Shown here: piece after piece, positions 38,407 to 47,370 of the stretch
Layout of the letters: each line of letters starts with the position of its first letter
Numbering within the stretch: the first letter of the stretch is position 1
Source of the DNA: Anaerolineae bacterium
GTDB lineage: Bacteria > Chloroflexota > Anaerolineae > Anaerolineales > Villigracilaceae
Direction of reading: 5' to 3'
Assembly (NCBI GenBank): GCA_017303655.1
Contig: JAFLCE010000008.1
Location: forward strand, 2,977 to 66,976
Length of the DNA stretch: 64,000 bases
Notes under the pieces: generated by a model
The model's database searches: none
Told to the model about the DNA's origin: nothing
The model's input: the letters and a program-made list of their open reading frames with translations, nothing else
Made by a program: the position numbers and the translations under genes

Positions 38407-39318
38407 TTACTGGTTGGGTGCAGCGGTCAGGTCAACTTCGAACCACTTGTTGGAGAGGTCGGAGAGGCGTCCGTCGCTGTGCATGGCGGTGAAGAGTTCG
38501 TCCACCTTGGCGCGCAGGCTGGTGGTGTCGAGGGTGGAACCCTTATCGAAGGCGGCGGCGAGGTCTTCAGAGAAGACGGCACCGTCCAACTTGGTGACGG
38601 GCATGCCTGCGGCGAGATTGGCATCCACAACGGTTTCAGAGGTGACGTAGGCAACGAAGTCGGTGCGTCCTGCGGCAATTGCCTGAGCACATTCCTGATC
38701 GGTTTCGAGCGGAACCACGGTTACATCCGCAGGAACCGCAGCGTAGATGGAGGATTCGGGCAAGCCGAGACCAGCCGTATCGCCATTGAGCCAGGTTTCG
38801 TAGGTGGTGGAGGCACCGGCGCAAACTGCCTGACCGGAGAGACCATCCAAAGAAGCGATGCCGGAATCAGCAGCAACTGCCACAACCGCGGGGGTGTAGT
38901 AGTAGGGCACGCTGAAGTCGAGCACTTCCTGGCGGGAGGTGGTGACGGTCATGGAGCCAACGCTCACATCCCATTTATCTGCCCAAGAACCGGCTGTGAT
39001 CGCATCCCATGAAGGAGTGGCGAAACAGGTTTCAACGCCGAGTGAGTCGCCGATGGCAATGGCAACGTCCACATCGAAGCCCTGCATTTCGGCAGTGGTG
39101 AGGGCATCGCTGGGGCACTTGGTGTCAGATGGGCGGGCGCCATCGGTGTTCAAGAAGGATTGGGGGGCATAGTTCGGGTCGGTTGAAACGAGGATGTACC
39201 CGCGTTCTTCAATCGCTCCGAGCAGGTCTGAAGCGGTAGAGCCGCTTCCGCCACCACATGCTGTTAAGACGAGAGACAACATAACGAGCAGGCTGGCAAG
39301 TGTAAAGATTTTCTTCAT
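38407..39318 (-). CDS. Amino-acid ABC transporter substrate-binding lipoprotein
   Basis: Lipobox LTAC; YAPQSF, GFDVDVA, MTVTTSRQEVLDFSVPYY; GGAGGAG RBS. Confidence 0.92.
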   Translation of the reverse strand: MKKIFTLASLLVMLSLVLTACGGGSGSTASDLLGAIEERGYILVSTDPNYAPQSFLNTDGARPSDTKCPSDALTTAEMQGFDVDVAIAIGDSLGVETCFATPSWDAITAGSWADKWDVSVGSMTVTTSRQEVLDFSVPYYYTPAVVAVAADSGIASLDGLSGQAVCAGASTTYETWLNGDTAGLGLPESSIYAAVPADVTVVPLETDQECAQAIAAGRTDFVAYVTSETVVDANLAAGMPVTKLDGAVFSEDLAAAFDKGSTLDTTSLRAKVDELFTAMHSDGRLSDLSNKWFEVDLTAAPNQ

Positions 39319-39483
39319 TTTCTCCTCCGAGAGAAACAAAAGGATTGGCAACTTTATAGCTGCCACGGGTTGATTGTCAACCCGCAGGTTAAGCATAGAC
39401 TATTTTTTTCAAATCCGCAAGGAAATTGGGTTATTAATTTTTGAATGATACACTACAACATCCTAATCCATGGAGGATTAATA

Positions 39484-39894
39484 ATGAGTGCGATATTTCC
39501 CAGTGAGGAATGGTTGAAAGAGTTGGAAGCGAAGTTAAATTTAGACGCGGCTTATGCCGAAGTTGCAAAGACCTGGGAGGGAGATCTCATTTTTATCATC
39601 GAACCGGAAGGGAACTTAAAAGAGAAAATTACTTTTTACCTTGACTTGTATCAAGGGAAATGCCGTGCAACTGTGTATAAACCTGACCCGGCTCTTTACC
39701 CTACACCTGCATTTACTTTGACTTCTTCCTACAATACCATTACAGATGTGTTGACCGGTAAACTAAATCCCATGACTGCCATGATGACCATGAAGTTGAA
39801 GGTGGTTGGCAGTATGGCATATATGATGCGAAATGTGCCCAGCGTGTTGGATTTCGTCCGCTGTGCGCAGGAAGTGACGAAAGAACTCTTCTAA
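39484..39894 (+). CDS. SCP2 sterol-binding domain protein
   Basis: FPSEEW, W.G.LIF, LNPMTAMMTMKLKVVG; GGAGG RBS. Confidence 0.85.
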   Translation: MSAIFPSEEWLKELEAKLNLDAAYAEVAKTWEGDLIFIIEPEGNLKEKITFYLDLYQGKCRATVYKPDPALYPTPAFTLTSSYNTITDVLTGKLNPMTAMMTMKLKVVGSMAYMMRNVPSVLDFVRCAQEVTKELF

Positions 39895-39895
39895 T

Positions 39896-40345
39896 TTATA
39901 AGAGCTTCTCAAAGCACACGCTTTTTTCAACCCCAGCATATTGACCGTAATTGGGAATTACGGTGTAGCCATTCTTTTGGTATAGATGAACGGCGTCTGA
40001 CATGTGTTTGCCAGTTTCGAGAATACACTTGGTATACCCTAGCTCTTTTGCCCAAGCTTCGAGCTGACCTAATACTTGGCTGGCAACCCCTTTGCCTCTG
40101 GCATCTGGTTGGGTGAACATGCGCTTTACTTCCATGCTACCGGGCTCATATTCTTTAATGGCACCGCAGGCAACGGCGACTCCGTTTTCGTGTGCCAGAA
40201 TCACATGTTGGATCATAGCGATCTTGTTGTATTGGGCGAAAAAAGAATTTTGTTCGCCATTCTTTATGGCAAGGTCGGCATCTAGCAAGTGGACAAGGGT
40301 GACAAAGTCAGGATGTTCAGAATTGGTTCGGGTAAAGATAAGCAT
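39896..40345 (-). CDS. GNAT family N-acetyltransferase
   Basis: EVKRMFTQPDARGKG, LETG, AVHLYQKNGY. Confidence 0.92.
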   Translation of the reverse strand: MLIFTRTNSEHPDFVTLVHLLDADLAIKNGEQNSFFAQYNKIAMIQHVILAHENGVAVACGAIKEYEPGSMEVKRMFTQPDARGKGVASQVLGQLEAWAKELGYTKCILETGKHMSDAVHLYQKNGYTVIPNYGQYAGVEKSVCFEKLL

Positions 40346-40349
40346 AAAT

Positions 40350-40964
40350 TTATAAACCTGTATTGAACTCGCGAAGGATCCAAGTATGTTCTGTTGGGCG
40401 GTAGATCAAGCGTACATATCCAGTATCGCCAAACCCAAATACTATACCATGTTGATTGATAAATGGTTGTACGCCCACAACAGTTCTCATGGCTGCATTC
40501 AGAATGCCGCCGTGAGCAACAACCAAATAATGACCAGCGCCGCGCCGAACGATCTTTTCCACGGCTCTGGCTCCCCGACAATAGATCTCCCAATCGCTTT
40601 CACCTGTTTCGCAAAAGGGTTCATATGGATTGCGAAAAGCTGGTTTGGGGTATCGCTCTGCGGCAAGAGCCCGGTGCATGCCTGCCAAAGGACCGTTATC
40701 AAACTCCATCCAATCAGCATCTGTTTCAACTGCAACTTGTAGAGATTCACCAATAATCGTTGCGGTTTCATGCGCACGTTGTAATGTGCTGGCTACGATC
40801 TTATCGAAGTGAAATTTGCGTGAGAGAAATTCTTGAGCACGAGCTTGAACCTGTGTGCGCCCAACCTCAGTGAGTGGAGAGTCGTATCTACCCTCGTGGA
40901 CCTCTTCATCATCCGCTCGAGAACGTCCGTGCCGCAAAAAGGTGAGATGGATTTCTTCGGTCAT
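40350..40964 (-). CDS. Histidine phosphatase (phosphoglycerate mutase-like) family protein
   Basis: LRHG, STLQRAHETA, GES, VAHGG. Confidence 0.92.
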   Translation of the reverse strand: MTEEIHLTFLRHGRSRADDEEVHEGRYDSPLTEVGRTQVQARAQEFLSRKFHFDKIVASTLQRAHETATIIGESLQVAVETDADWMEFDNGPLAGMHRALAAERYPKPAFRNPYEPFCETGESDWEIYCRGARAVEKIVRRGAGHYLVVAHGGILNAAMRTVVGVQPFINQHGIVFGFGDTGYVRLIYRPTEHTWILREFNTGL

Positions 40965-41467
40965 TTTTCGTTTTCTTTCAAACTCTCTAATAAAGACCTT
41001 GTATCATCCGCTTTCACGGCGCGCTCTGCTTCATGAATTAACTTGTTTAAGCCCTGTCTGCGTCTGAACGGAGCATTGGGTGGCAAGTATGAAGCCGGTA
41101 AAGATGTTGGTTGATCGTTCAGTGAGATGTTGAAGCAGGGTGACCAGTGTTGAATAAGCTGTCTTTCAGCAGCATTTAAGTCGTTTCCGATCGTATCAAA
41201 TTGCCCGGAACGTGAACTCATCATCTCGATGGTGAAACTCATCGAGGTGGGCCAATTACACCAGATGAAACGCCCGACAATAGAGTGCCCTTTGAATCCG
41301 CTCAGTAAATGTTCCCACACACGCGCAAAAGCAAGCTGTGACTGACCGACATAAAATGCAACATGCTCATCTCGGAATAGATATAGATCCAGTCCTTTCC
41401 AAGATGGGGGACATTCATTAACGAGCAGGAAGCGTTTAAGCGGTATTGAAACTTGTTCGTTGTTCAT
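40961..41467 (-). CDS. GIY-YIG-like nuclease domain protein
   Basis: GLDLYLF...FYVGQS...ARVWEH...AERQLI...PCFN reproduces the GIY-YIG motif order (Y, YxG, R, H, E, N). Confidence 0.65.
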   Translation of the reverse strand: MNNEQVSIPLKRFLLVNECPPSWKGLDLYLFRDEHVAFYVGQSQLAFARVWEHLLSGFKGHSIVGRFIWCNWPTSMSFTIEMMSSRSGQFDTIGNDLNAAERQLIQHWSPCFNISLNDQPTSLPASYLPPNAPFRRRQGLNKLIHEAERAVKADDTRSLLESLKENEK

Positions 41468-41481
41468 GGGCTGCTCAAGAT

Positions 41482-42597
41482 TTAATGCCCATTCTTTTTC
41501 TTGAAGACCGCTTCTACAATGCCGCTGATACGGACCTCATCCAAGGAATAGGCGCGGTCGAAATTCGGGTCGTTCTGGATGTTCGGGTCAAGGCTCTCGG
41601 GACGCAGGGTGATACGCCCGCCTGTGAATCCCAGCCGTTTGACCGTGCCGAGCGGATCGGGTTCGTTGAGAGTGGCGATCACAATATCGTTATCTCTGGC
41701 ATGGCTCTGAAGCCGCACAAGGATGTAATCCCCATTTCTAATCGGGGTCGGTTTGGCATTGTTCATGCTGTTGCCGGTTACTCGCACCGTGTGGTACCTC
41801 TCCGCAGGATTGATGACGATCTCGTTCCAGCGTTGGGCATTGCCGCGCAAGCTGTGAATGGAATACGCTTCATCCTCGATGAAGACTTCGGTTACTCCAA
41901 GAGGCGTATTCTCAGGATCATGTCCAACCGCTCCGAATCCGCCCGCAGGGACAGAGTCGCTGACAGGGATGAAGAGCCACTTCAAAATGTCCAGCGAAGA
42001 GGCGGAAGAGGAAGAAGCTGAAGGGACATTGGAGTCTCCAGTTGGGTCATCCTCGTATTCTGGTAAGGCATCATTTTCAATAGCAACTTCCAGATAGGTT
42101 TCAAGTTTCGGCAGGATCTGGGTATACCAGCCCATGCGATTTGCATCGATATGCAGGCTGGCTTCTCGTGCTTTGAAGATCTGGATCGCCTCACGCCAAC
42201 TGGAAATGGCTTTTACCCGTTGATGCGAAGCCCACTGAATGCAACCAAACATCCATAATGAAACGCCATGTTGATGCGGGTAGGAGCGAAATTTTGCCTC
42301 GGCGGCATTGCAAAGACGCCCAGCTTCTTTCAAGTTTTCCAACTCGCCTGCCATTTTTGCGCAGTTCAAAAAGATCTCACCCTGTTCTTGAATGCTTGCC
42401 TGGGTGGTCAGTTCTTCGAGCTGCCCAATGATCTCCCAGACATCGTTTGGGTGGTTTTGTTCTCTTGCGCGTGCCATCAGGTCGAGCATTTGTAGGTGTG
42501 GGCGTTGTAGCGAGCCGGTGGTTTTGTCCACCTTAAGCCAGGCGAGTGTGTGGGCGAGCCAGGTTTTGAGGTTGTTGATGTCGGTTGAATTTCCCAT
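41482..42597 (-). CDS. Helical (TPR-like) domain fused to an S24/LexA-type serine autopeptidase
   Basis: C-terminal IPVSDSVPAG (Ala-Gly scissile site), VTGNSM (Ser), IRNGDYILV, TVKRL (Lys); N-terminal ~180 aa alpha-helical with no recognisable HTH; acidic/Ser-rich linker. Confidence 0.8.
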   Translation of the reverse strand: MGNSTDINNLKTWLAHTLAWLKVDKTTGSLQRPHLQMLDLMARAREQNHPNDVWEIIGQLEELTTQASIQEQGEIFLNCAKMAGELENLKEAGRLCNAAEAKFRSYPHQHGVSLWMFGCIQWASHQRVKAISSWREAIQIFKAREASLHIDANRMGWYTQILPKLETYLEVAIENDALPEYEDDPTGDSNVPSASSSSASSLDILKWLFIPVSDSVPAGGFGAVGHDPENTPLGVTEVFIEDEAYSIHSLRGNAQRWNEIVINPAERYHTVRVTGNSMNNAKPTPIRNGDYILVRLQSHARDNDIVIATLNEPDPLGTVKRLGFTGGRITLRPESLDPNIQNDPNFDRAYSLDEVRISGIVEAVFKKKNGH

Positions 42598-42655
42598 ACA
42601 GGTTTCCTTTTTCTGCGGCTAAAGTGATCGAAATGTCTCTTGTAAACTTTTTTGG

Positions 42656-43888
42656 TCACTCGTTGTTTTTCTGCGAGGCGGCGCCTGTTGGCGGGTTATA
42701 GCCAAATGCCTTGATCACCTGCGCCGTGCGCAAGAGGATCAGATTTTGCAGAGTGTGCATTTTGTCTCTGCCGAGTTTGATGCCTTCGAGAGCGTGAATG
42801 ATGCTCATCAGTAGTTCCGCTTCGGCTTCGGCACGCCCTAATTCTTCATATGCCATTCTGCGAGCTTCGCCATGGGCGTTGTTGATCGCGATCTCGCTTT
42901 GGATATCTGCACTCCAATTTGTTACGAATTGATTCTCGATATCCTTCTCTTCGGTGCGGAATTCGCCCGGGTCCCACCAGGTGAGCATTGCTCCATTGCT
43001 TTGTAATGCTGCTTTGAAATCATCGCTATACCCTTTCTTGCGAATTTCCTCACGTACATATTTATTCTCCGGGTCACGTGGGGCGATGATTTGATCCAAT
43101 TTATGTTCATTGATGAACTCGCAGATAATTCCCTTAACCTTCCCAGAAATGGTCTTCTCCCATTCGGTTTGTTCCGGCTTTTTGTCTGCATTGAGCCCTA
43201 CGCCGCGTTTGTAGGCGTAATCAAGAATGGCAATTTTCGCATAGGGGAATGGTTTTCGAGTCAGGTTTGGCTGGTCGTGTTTGTGAGACTCCTCGCGGTT
43301 ATCGAAGATGCGATAGTTAAACTTGGCATTATCGACCAGTACTTTGATGCCGTCACGAGTGTATGCAGAAATTTGAGGCAGGGTTGCCTCCTGTTCATGC
43401 AGGTTTACGATCGCTCCGATCCGCTCATAGCGCGACATGAAGTGTTTTTTTCCATGCCCATAGGTTTTGCCCGGTGTCGTCAGCGATTCGGTCAATACAG
43501 CCCAGCCTGGGTCTACTTCCAAATAAGCAGGACCTCCGAATACATCAACCATGTGCTCATAAATGGAGCGTTCTTTTCGGGCATTGATCTGCTCTTTTGG
43601 CGGGCGCAAGCCGAAGAACGCTGCCATTACATAACGGGCTGGTAATTTATCGAAATCTTCGTTGAAGATATCTTGGACGTAATGTACCGCAGCGGAAAGC
43701 GCACTCAGCAGGCAAAAGAAATAAAGAAGGATTAACCATCCCAGCTGGAATGATGTACCGAACATAAACGATTGATAGCATAGATAACAGAAAGCCACTA
43801 TTGGCAGGATGACCAGCAGAAAGAAACGCAACCATCCAATGCGTTTGTCGCCCAGGAAAAAATTATGAATGGGGTTGGAGATATTCAT
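42656..43888 (-). CDS. SPFH/Band-7-like membrane protein 2
   Basis: Two N-terminal TMs; GGPAYLEVDPGWAVL, VNLHEQ...AYTRDGIKV; coiled-coil tail GEARR...RAEAEAE. Confidence 0.7.
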   Translation of the reverse strand: MNISNPIHNFFLGDKRIGWLRFFLLVILPIVAFCYLCYQSFMFGTSFQLGWLILLYFFCLLSALSAAVHYVQDIFNEDFDKLPARYVMAAFFGLRPPKEQINARKERSIYEHMVDVFGGPAYLEVDPGWAVLTESLTTPGKTYGHGKKHFMSRYERIGAIVNLHEQEATLPQISAYTRDGIKVLVDNAKFNYRIFDNREESHKHDQPNLTRKPFPYAKIAILDYAYKRGVGLNADKKPEQTEWEKTISGKVKGIICEFINEHKLDQIIAPRDPENKYVREEIRKKGYSDDFKAALQSNGAMLTWWDPGEFRTEEKDIENQFVTNWSADIQSEIAINNAHGEARRMAYEELGRAEAEAELLMSIIHALEGIKLGRDKMHTLQNLILLRTAQVIKAFGYNPPTGAASQKNNE

Positions 43889-43890
43889 GC

Positions 43891-45609
43891 CTACTCCTCT
43901 TCCTCTGGCGGGATGAATGTCCGTTCGTTTCCAATACCATCTTCTTCACGCTGGCTTTGCAGAAGCAATTGACCGATGGTGTTCATCATGTTCAATGTGT
44001 TTTCTGGAAGTAATTTGCGAGTTTCAGGGTTTGCCGCCGCGGCTTCCAGTTCCTGAAAGACCAACATCGCCAATGCCTCGCGTGGATATTCCTGTTTTTC
44101 CAGCAGTCTCGCAAGGTGATAGTTCATGTTTTGTTGGGTGCGAATGCGTGCATGGTTGATGATGCGTGTGGCTTCCAATTTGGAATCAGCTACCTTTAGG
44201 CTTTCTTCTTTTTTCTTTGCAGAAAGCCAGGATTCACGCAGGTTTTTCATCACTCGTTTGTCTTCTGGTTCAAGTTCGCCAAATGATACGTTAATCACCT
44301 TGATCCCTCGCCCTCTTAAGACGGCAGGTCCTTTGAAGGTCTGGGGTGGGAAGAAAACCAACTGGTCTTCTGGGTAGGTCACTCCAACTTGAGGCGGTAA
44401 TCCATTGATCTGCCTCACCAGTTGAAATGCCAACACACCAGTATTTCGTACTGCCGCCAGATATCGGCGTTTGAGCTCCTTCATTGGTGTGGGTGGAGAA
44501 TCTTTTTCCTTGCTCGGTTCTTCATATAAGCTCAGATACGGATATTCAGAGAGCAGGATTCGAAAATGTTCTGCGGCTACATCTGCGGGCCAATCAGACC
44601 ATTTTTTGACACCGGTTGTATCGGGGTCGTTCCGGTTGGCAATGGAATATACAGCTTGCTGTACCCGCTTTTCATCGAAGGTAAAAGGATCTTTCTTTGA
44701 TGGGAGATCGGAGTTGAATGAGGTATGCCGGATCGTTGCGCTCGCAAATGCCTTTACCTGCGCTTCATCCTCCGGACTGAGATCTTGAAACAATTTACTG
44801 ATTCTTTTCGTGTGCGCTGGAGCTGTTTTATCCCATTCAATTACAAATACCTGATCCATATTTTCGCCGCCGAGGTACACATCCAGAACGTCGGGCAGTT
44901 GACCTACTGTAAATACCGCAGTCACAGATGTGGATACCCTGATCCCATCACGGGTATCGGCAATTACCTTGCGCGTCCGCACCTGCGTACGCAGGTCAAC
45001 CGCGCCTGTGATGGTTTCATGCTTATCTGTAAACACCAATCCGGGTCCTACCGTCCGTACTTTTGCCGCATACGCCGCCCCAGATTGCACAAGCGAAAAG
45101 CGCACTTTCGGAGGGATGTTCGTCTCTGAGTCAGAGAGGTCTTCATCCTCGCTGTGATGTAGTTTATCCAACGTCATCGCGCTGCGCAGGTCAAGGAACG
45201 CCACACCGGGGTGTTTCTTTCTAAATTCAGCACGTTCGCCCTGCACCTCGCCATTGCGGACAAATACTGCCGGTCCATGCAGACGCCCCCAACTGATTCC
45301 ATGCAGGAACATGCGCCAGAAGCCCGGTAAACTTTGTTCCCAATGGGTGATCGGTAGCACAAAGTGGGTCAGCCAAAACATGAACACGACATAAATAGCG
45401 ATCAAAAGCATCAACCCGGTTGTCACTTTTAACATCGCGGCAGAAGTTTCTGGCGTTGGTGGGAGAAATTTAATGAACAGATTCCAATAGCCTTTTATTG
45501 CCAGTGTGAAATCAACCCAAAAGGCAATTAAAAAAGATGCCGCAATAAATAACCGGATCAGGCGCAATGAGCCAATAAACCCTCGGAAGCGGGAGAAAAT
45601 AGACCTCAT
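43891..45609 (-). CDS. SPFH/Band-7-like membrane protein 1 with large insertions
   Basis: Two N-terminal TMs; GPAVFV, VGPGLVF, VDLRTQ...ADTRDGIRV; helical tail; ATGA overlap with the KAP stop. Confidence 0.7.
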   Translation of the reverse strand: MRSIFSRFRGFIGSLRLIRLFIAASFLIAFWVDFTLAIKGYWNLFIKFLPPTPETSAAMLKVTTGLMLLIAIYVVFMFWLTHFVLPITHWEQSLPGFWRMFLHGISWGRLHGPAVFVRNGEVQGERAEFRKKHPGVAFLDLRSAMTLDKLHHSEDEDLSDSETNIPPKVRFSLVQSGAAYAAKVRTVGPGLVFTDKHETITGAVDLRTQVRTRKVIADTRDGIRVSTSVTAVFTVGQLPDVLDVYLGGENMDQVFVIEWDKTAPAHTKRISKLFQDLSPEDEAQVKAFASATIRHTSFNSDLPSKKDPFTFDEKRVQQAVYSIANRNDPDTTGVKKWSDWPADVAAEHFRILLSEYPYLSLYEEPSKEKDSPPTPMKELKRRYLAAVRNTGVLAFQLVRQINGLPPQVGVTYPEDQLVFFPPQTFKGPAVLRGRGIKVINVSFGELEPEDKRVMKNLRESWLSAKKKEESLKVADSKLEATRIINHARIRTQQNMNYHLARLLEKQEYPREALAMLVFQELEAAAANPETRKLLPENTLNMMNTIGQLLLQSQREEDGIGNERTFIPPEEEE

Positions 45610-46898
45610 GGTAACCCTGCTTCTCTCAGCCATGCCATACTGCCAGCCAAAATAATTTGGGTGGCATCCGGGTCTTGTCCCTTGACGAAGCAATGGTACA
45701 TGTAATGCATCAATGACCGGTCTGCGAGATATTTCTGTGGCAAAGGGATCAGATGCGGGCTGTTCTGTTCCTTCTGAATAAAGTTCGCCAAAATACCGCG
45801 GACATGCTCAGGCTGGTCTGAAGAGAAGCGTTCATAAAATGCGGGCCACGAGTTATAAAGCAGGATCAGCGCAAAGATCGTGTCTGGCTCGGCAGGCGCA
45901 CCTAATTTGGAAGGCATCATATATGCACGATAGAAACGGTGGGCTGTCTTCAACAATCGACGCGGCACAAGCACTTCAGGTAACTGTGGGACCTTCATCA
46001 GGTTGATCTCTGGCAGGCTTGCGTTGTGATTTTCTGGCAGGACACGGGCAAGGAAGCGTTGCAACTTCGGCATATCACTGCTGGTAATCGGCGGGATGTG
46101 ATACTGCTCCGGGATGATCTTATCGAGATAACTGTTGCCATCCATTTTCGTATCTTCGTACTTTTTGTCGATATAGCTGGCGATCACACCAGAGTCCATG
46201 GCGAAGACCCAGGTGAGATGTTGTGGATCCATAAAATTTCTGATCGACTCTAAAAGCCTCACCACATTTTCAGGCGAACAGCGATCCAAATTATCGATCA
46301 GGAATACGATGCGCCTGTGTTGTTTTTTTTCCCAGACCTCGTTAACAAGATATTCGAAATCCTTTTGTGCCGAATCGACCGCATCCATCAGGTTTTTTAA
46401 TGTCTGTGGAGTTTTTCCGCCCTTGCTGGCTTCTTGAATATACTGGGCATACTCTTTAACATCACCGAGTTCAAGGTCCAGCAGTTTGCGTAGGAGAATA
46501 TCCGTCCCGGCTTGTGCCACGACACCCACCACTCGTTTCCATCGGGTGGAATATTCAGGATCTTTTTGGTCACCAGCCAGTTCCCTCAATCGGATCAGGA
46601 TGGGGATGGTTAGATCACCGGTGACCTCGTAACACCAGGCATCGACATAGGTAATTTCTAGTTTATTAGGATTTGTGTCCGAACAGGCGTCATTAATTTT
46701 TTCTATGAGGTGCAAAGTCGAGGTTTTTCCTACTCCCCAACCTCCATACAACCCAATGGTTGGGCTGCAATTTTCTTCTGACAGCCTTGCCAATAGTTGG
46801 CGCGCAAATGCACTCCTCCCAAGATCATCATTTTCCAGATCCGCAATCGGATCGAAAATTTGGTTAATAATTTTAGAAACACCCGAACCTTTTGACAT
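45606..46898 (-). CDS. KAP family P-loop NTPase
   Basis: DDLGR, Walker A IGLYGGWGVGKT, DAW, Walker B IVFLIDNLDRC, YLDKII. Confidence 0.9.
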   Translation of the reverse strand: MSKGSGVSKIINQIFDPIADLENDDLGRSAFARQLLARLSEENCSPTIGLYGGWGVGKTSTLHLIEKINDACSDTNPNKLEITYVDAWCYEVTGDLTIPILIRLRELAGDQKDPEYSTRWKRVVGVVAQAGTDILLRKLLDLELGDVKEYAQYIQEASKGGKTPQTLKNLMDAVDSAQKDFEYLVNEVWEKKQHRRIVFLIDNLDRCSPENVVRLLESIRNFMDPQHLTWVFAMDSGVIASYIDKKYEDTKMDGNSYLDKIIPEQYHIPPITSSDMPKLQRFLARVLPENHNASLPEINLMKVPQLPEVLVPRRLLKTAHRFYRAYMMPSKLGAPAEPDTIFALILLYNSWPAFYERFSSDQPEHVRGILANFIQKEQNSPHLIPLPQKYLADRSLMHYMYHCFVKGQDPDATQIILAGSMAWLREAGLP

Positions 46899-46916
46899 AT
46901 TAATTCCCTTACAAAA

Positions 46917-46948
46917 AGTATAGTCAACTGGTGAATATGTGTCAACTG
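46917..46948 (-). promoter_or_regulatory. Sigma70 promoter of the KAP operon with an overlapping direct repeat
   Basis: Minus strand TTGACA(46940-46945)-17 bp-TATACT(46917-46922); GTCAACTG at 46923 and 46941. Confidence 0.75.
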
Positions 46949-47038
46949 CAATTCCTCCCGGTTTGTCATTTTCCCATGTCGGGTGGAGTTATGACTATAA
47001 TGGGATTAAACATCCTGGAATCATCGGAGAAATTATCA

Positions 47039-47299
47039 ATGGCAAAACTCATCCCCGCCGCCGAACGCCTCGTCCGTGCCCGAAAATTGATCCAAAAAGC
47101 CCGAGCCTTTCCCATCCCGACGGAGGGACTCGGCAAAAGCGATCTATCTTTTGTTGCCGGTGTGCGCGATCTGTTACGTCAGGCAAAAGACATGGTCAAG
47201 TTCATTCCGCAAACCGCAGGTGTTTCCGCAGAGATGAAGGAAGAAGTCAAAAAAGTCTATGCCGAGGTCGAACAGGCAGAGAAGGAAATATTTTCCTAG
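47039..47299 (+). CDS. Small helical hypothetical protein
   Basis: 86 aa from ATG 47039 with GGAG RBS; no family recognised. Confidence 0.7.
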   Translation: MAKLIPAAERLVRARKLIQKARAFPIPTEGLGKSDLSFVAGVRDLLRQAKDMVKFIPQTAGVSAEMKEEVKKVYAEVEQAEKEIFS

Positions 47300-47370
47300 C
47301 CCGGTTCATGACGTTATTCACTGGAAACCTGAATGGGTTGGTTGTAAAATGGAAGTGAAAGGAGCCACCC

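Noticed and set aside
39896-40345. GNAT as a toxin-antitoxin toxin
   Set aside because: Looks like an ordinary small-molecule acetyltransferase and has no adjacent RHH antitoxin
41482-42597. Calling this gene lexA or a prophage CI repressor
   Set aside because: No N-terminal HTH, too long, no phage genes nearby, and no GAAC-N4-GTTC box seen in the operon promoter
46931-47038. N-terminal extensions given in the ORF track (also at 43891..45693, 28311..29870, 61810..62637, 15796..16749)
   Set aside because: They overlap promoters or neighbouring genes; downstream ATGs with an RBS or stop-start coupling are more plausible
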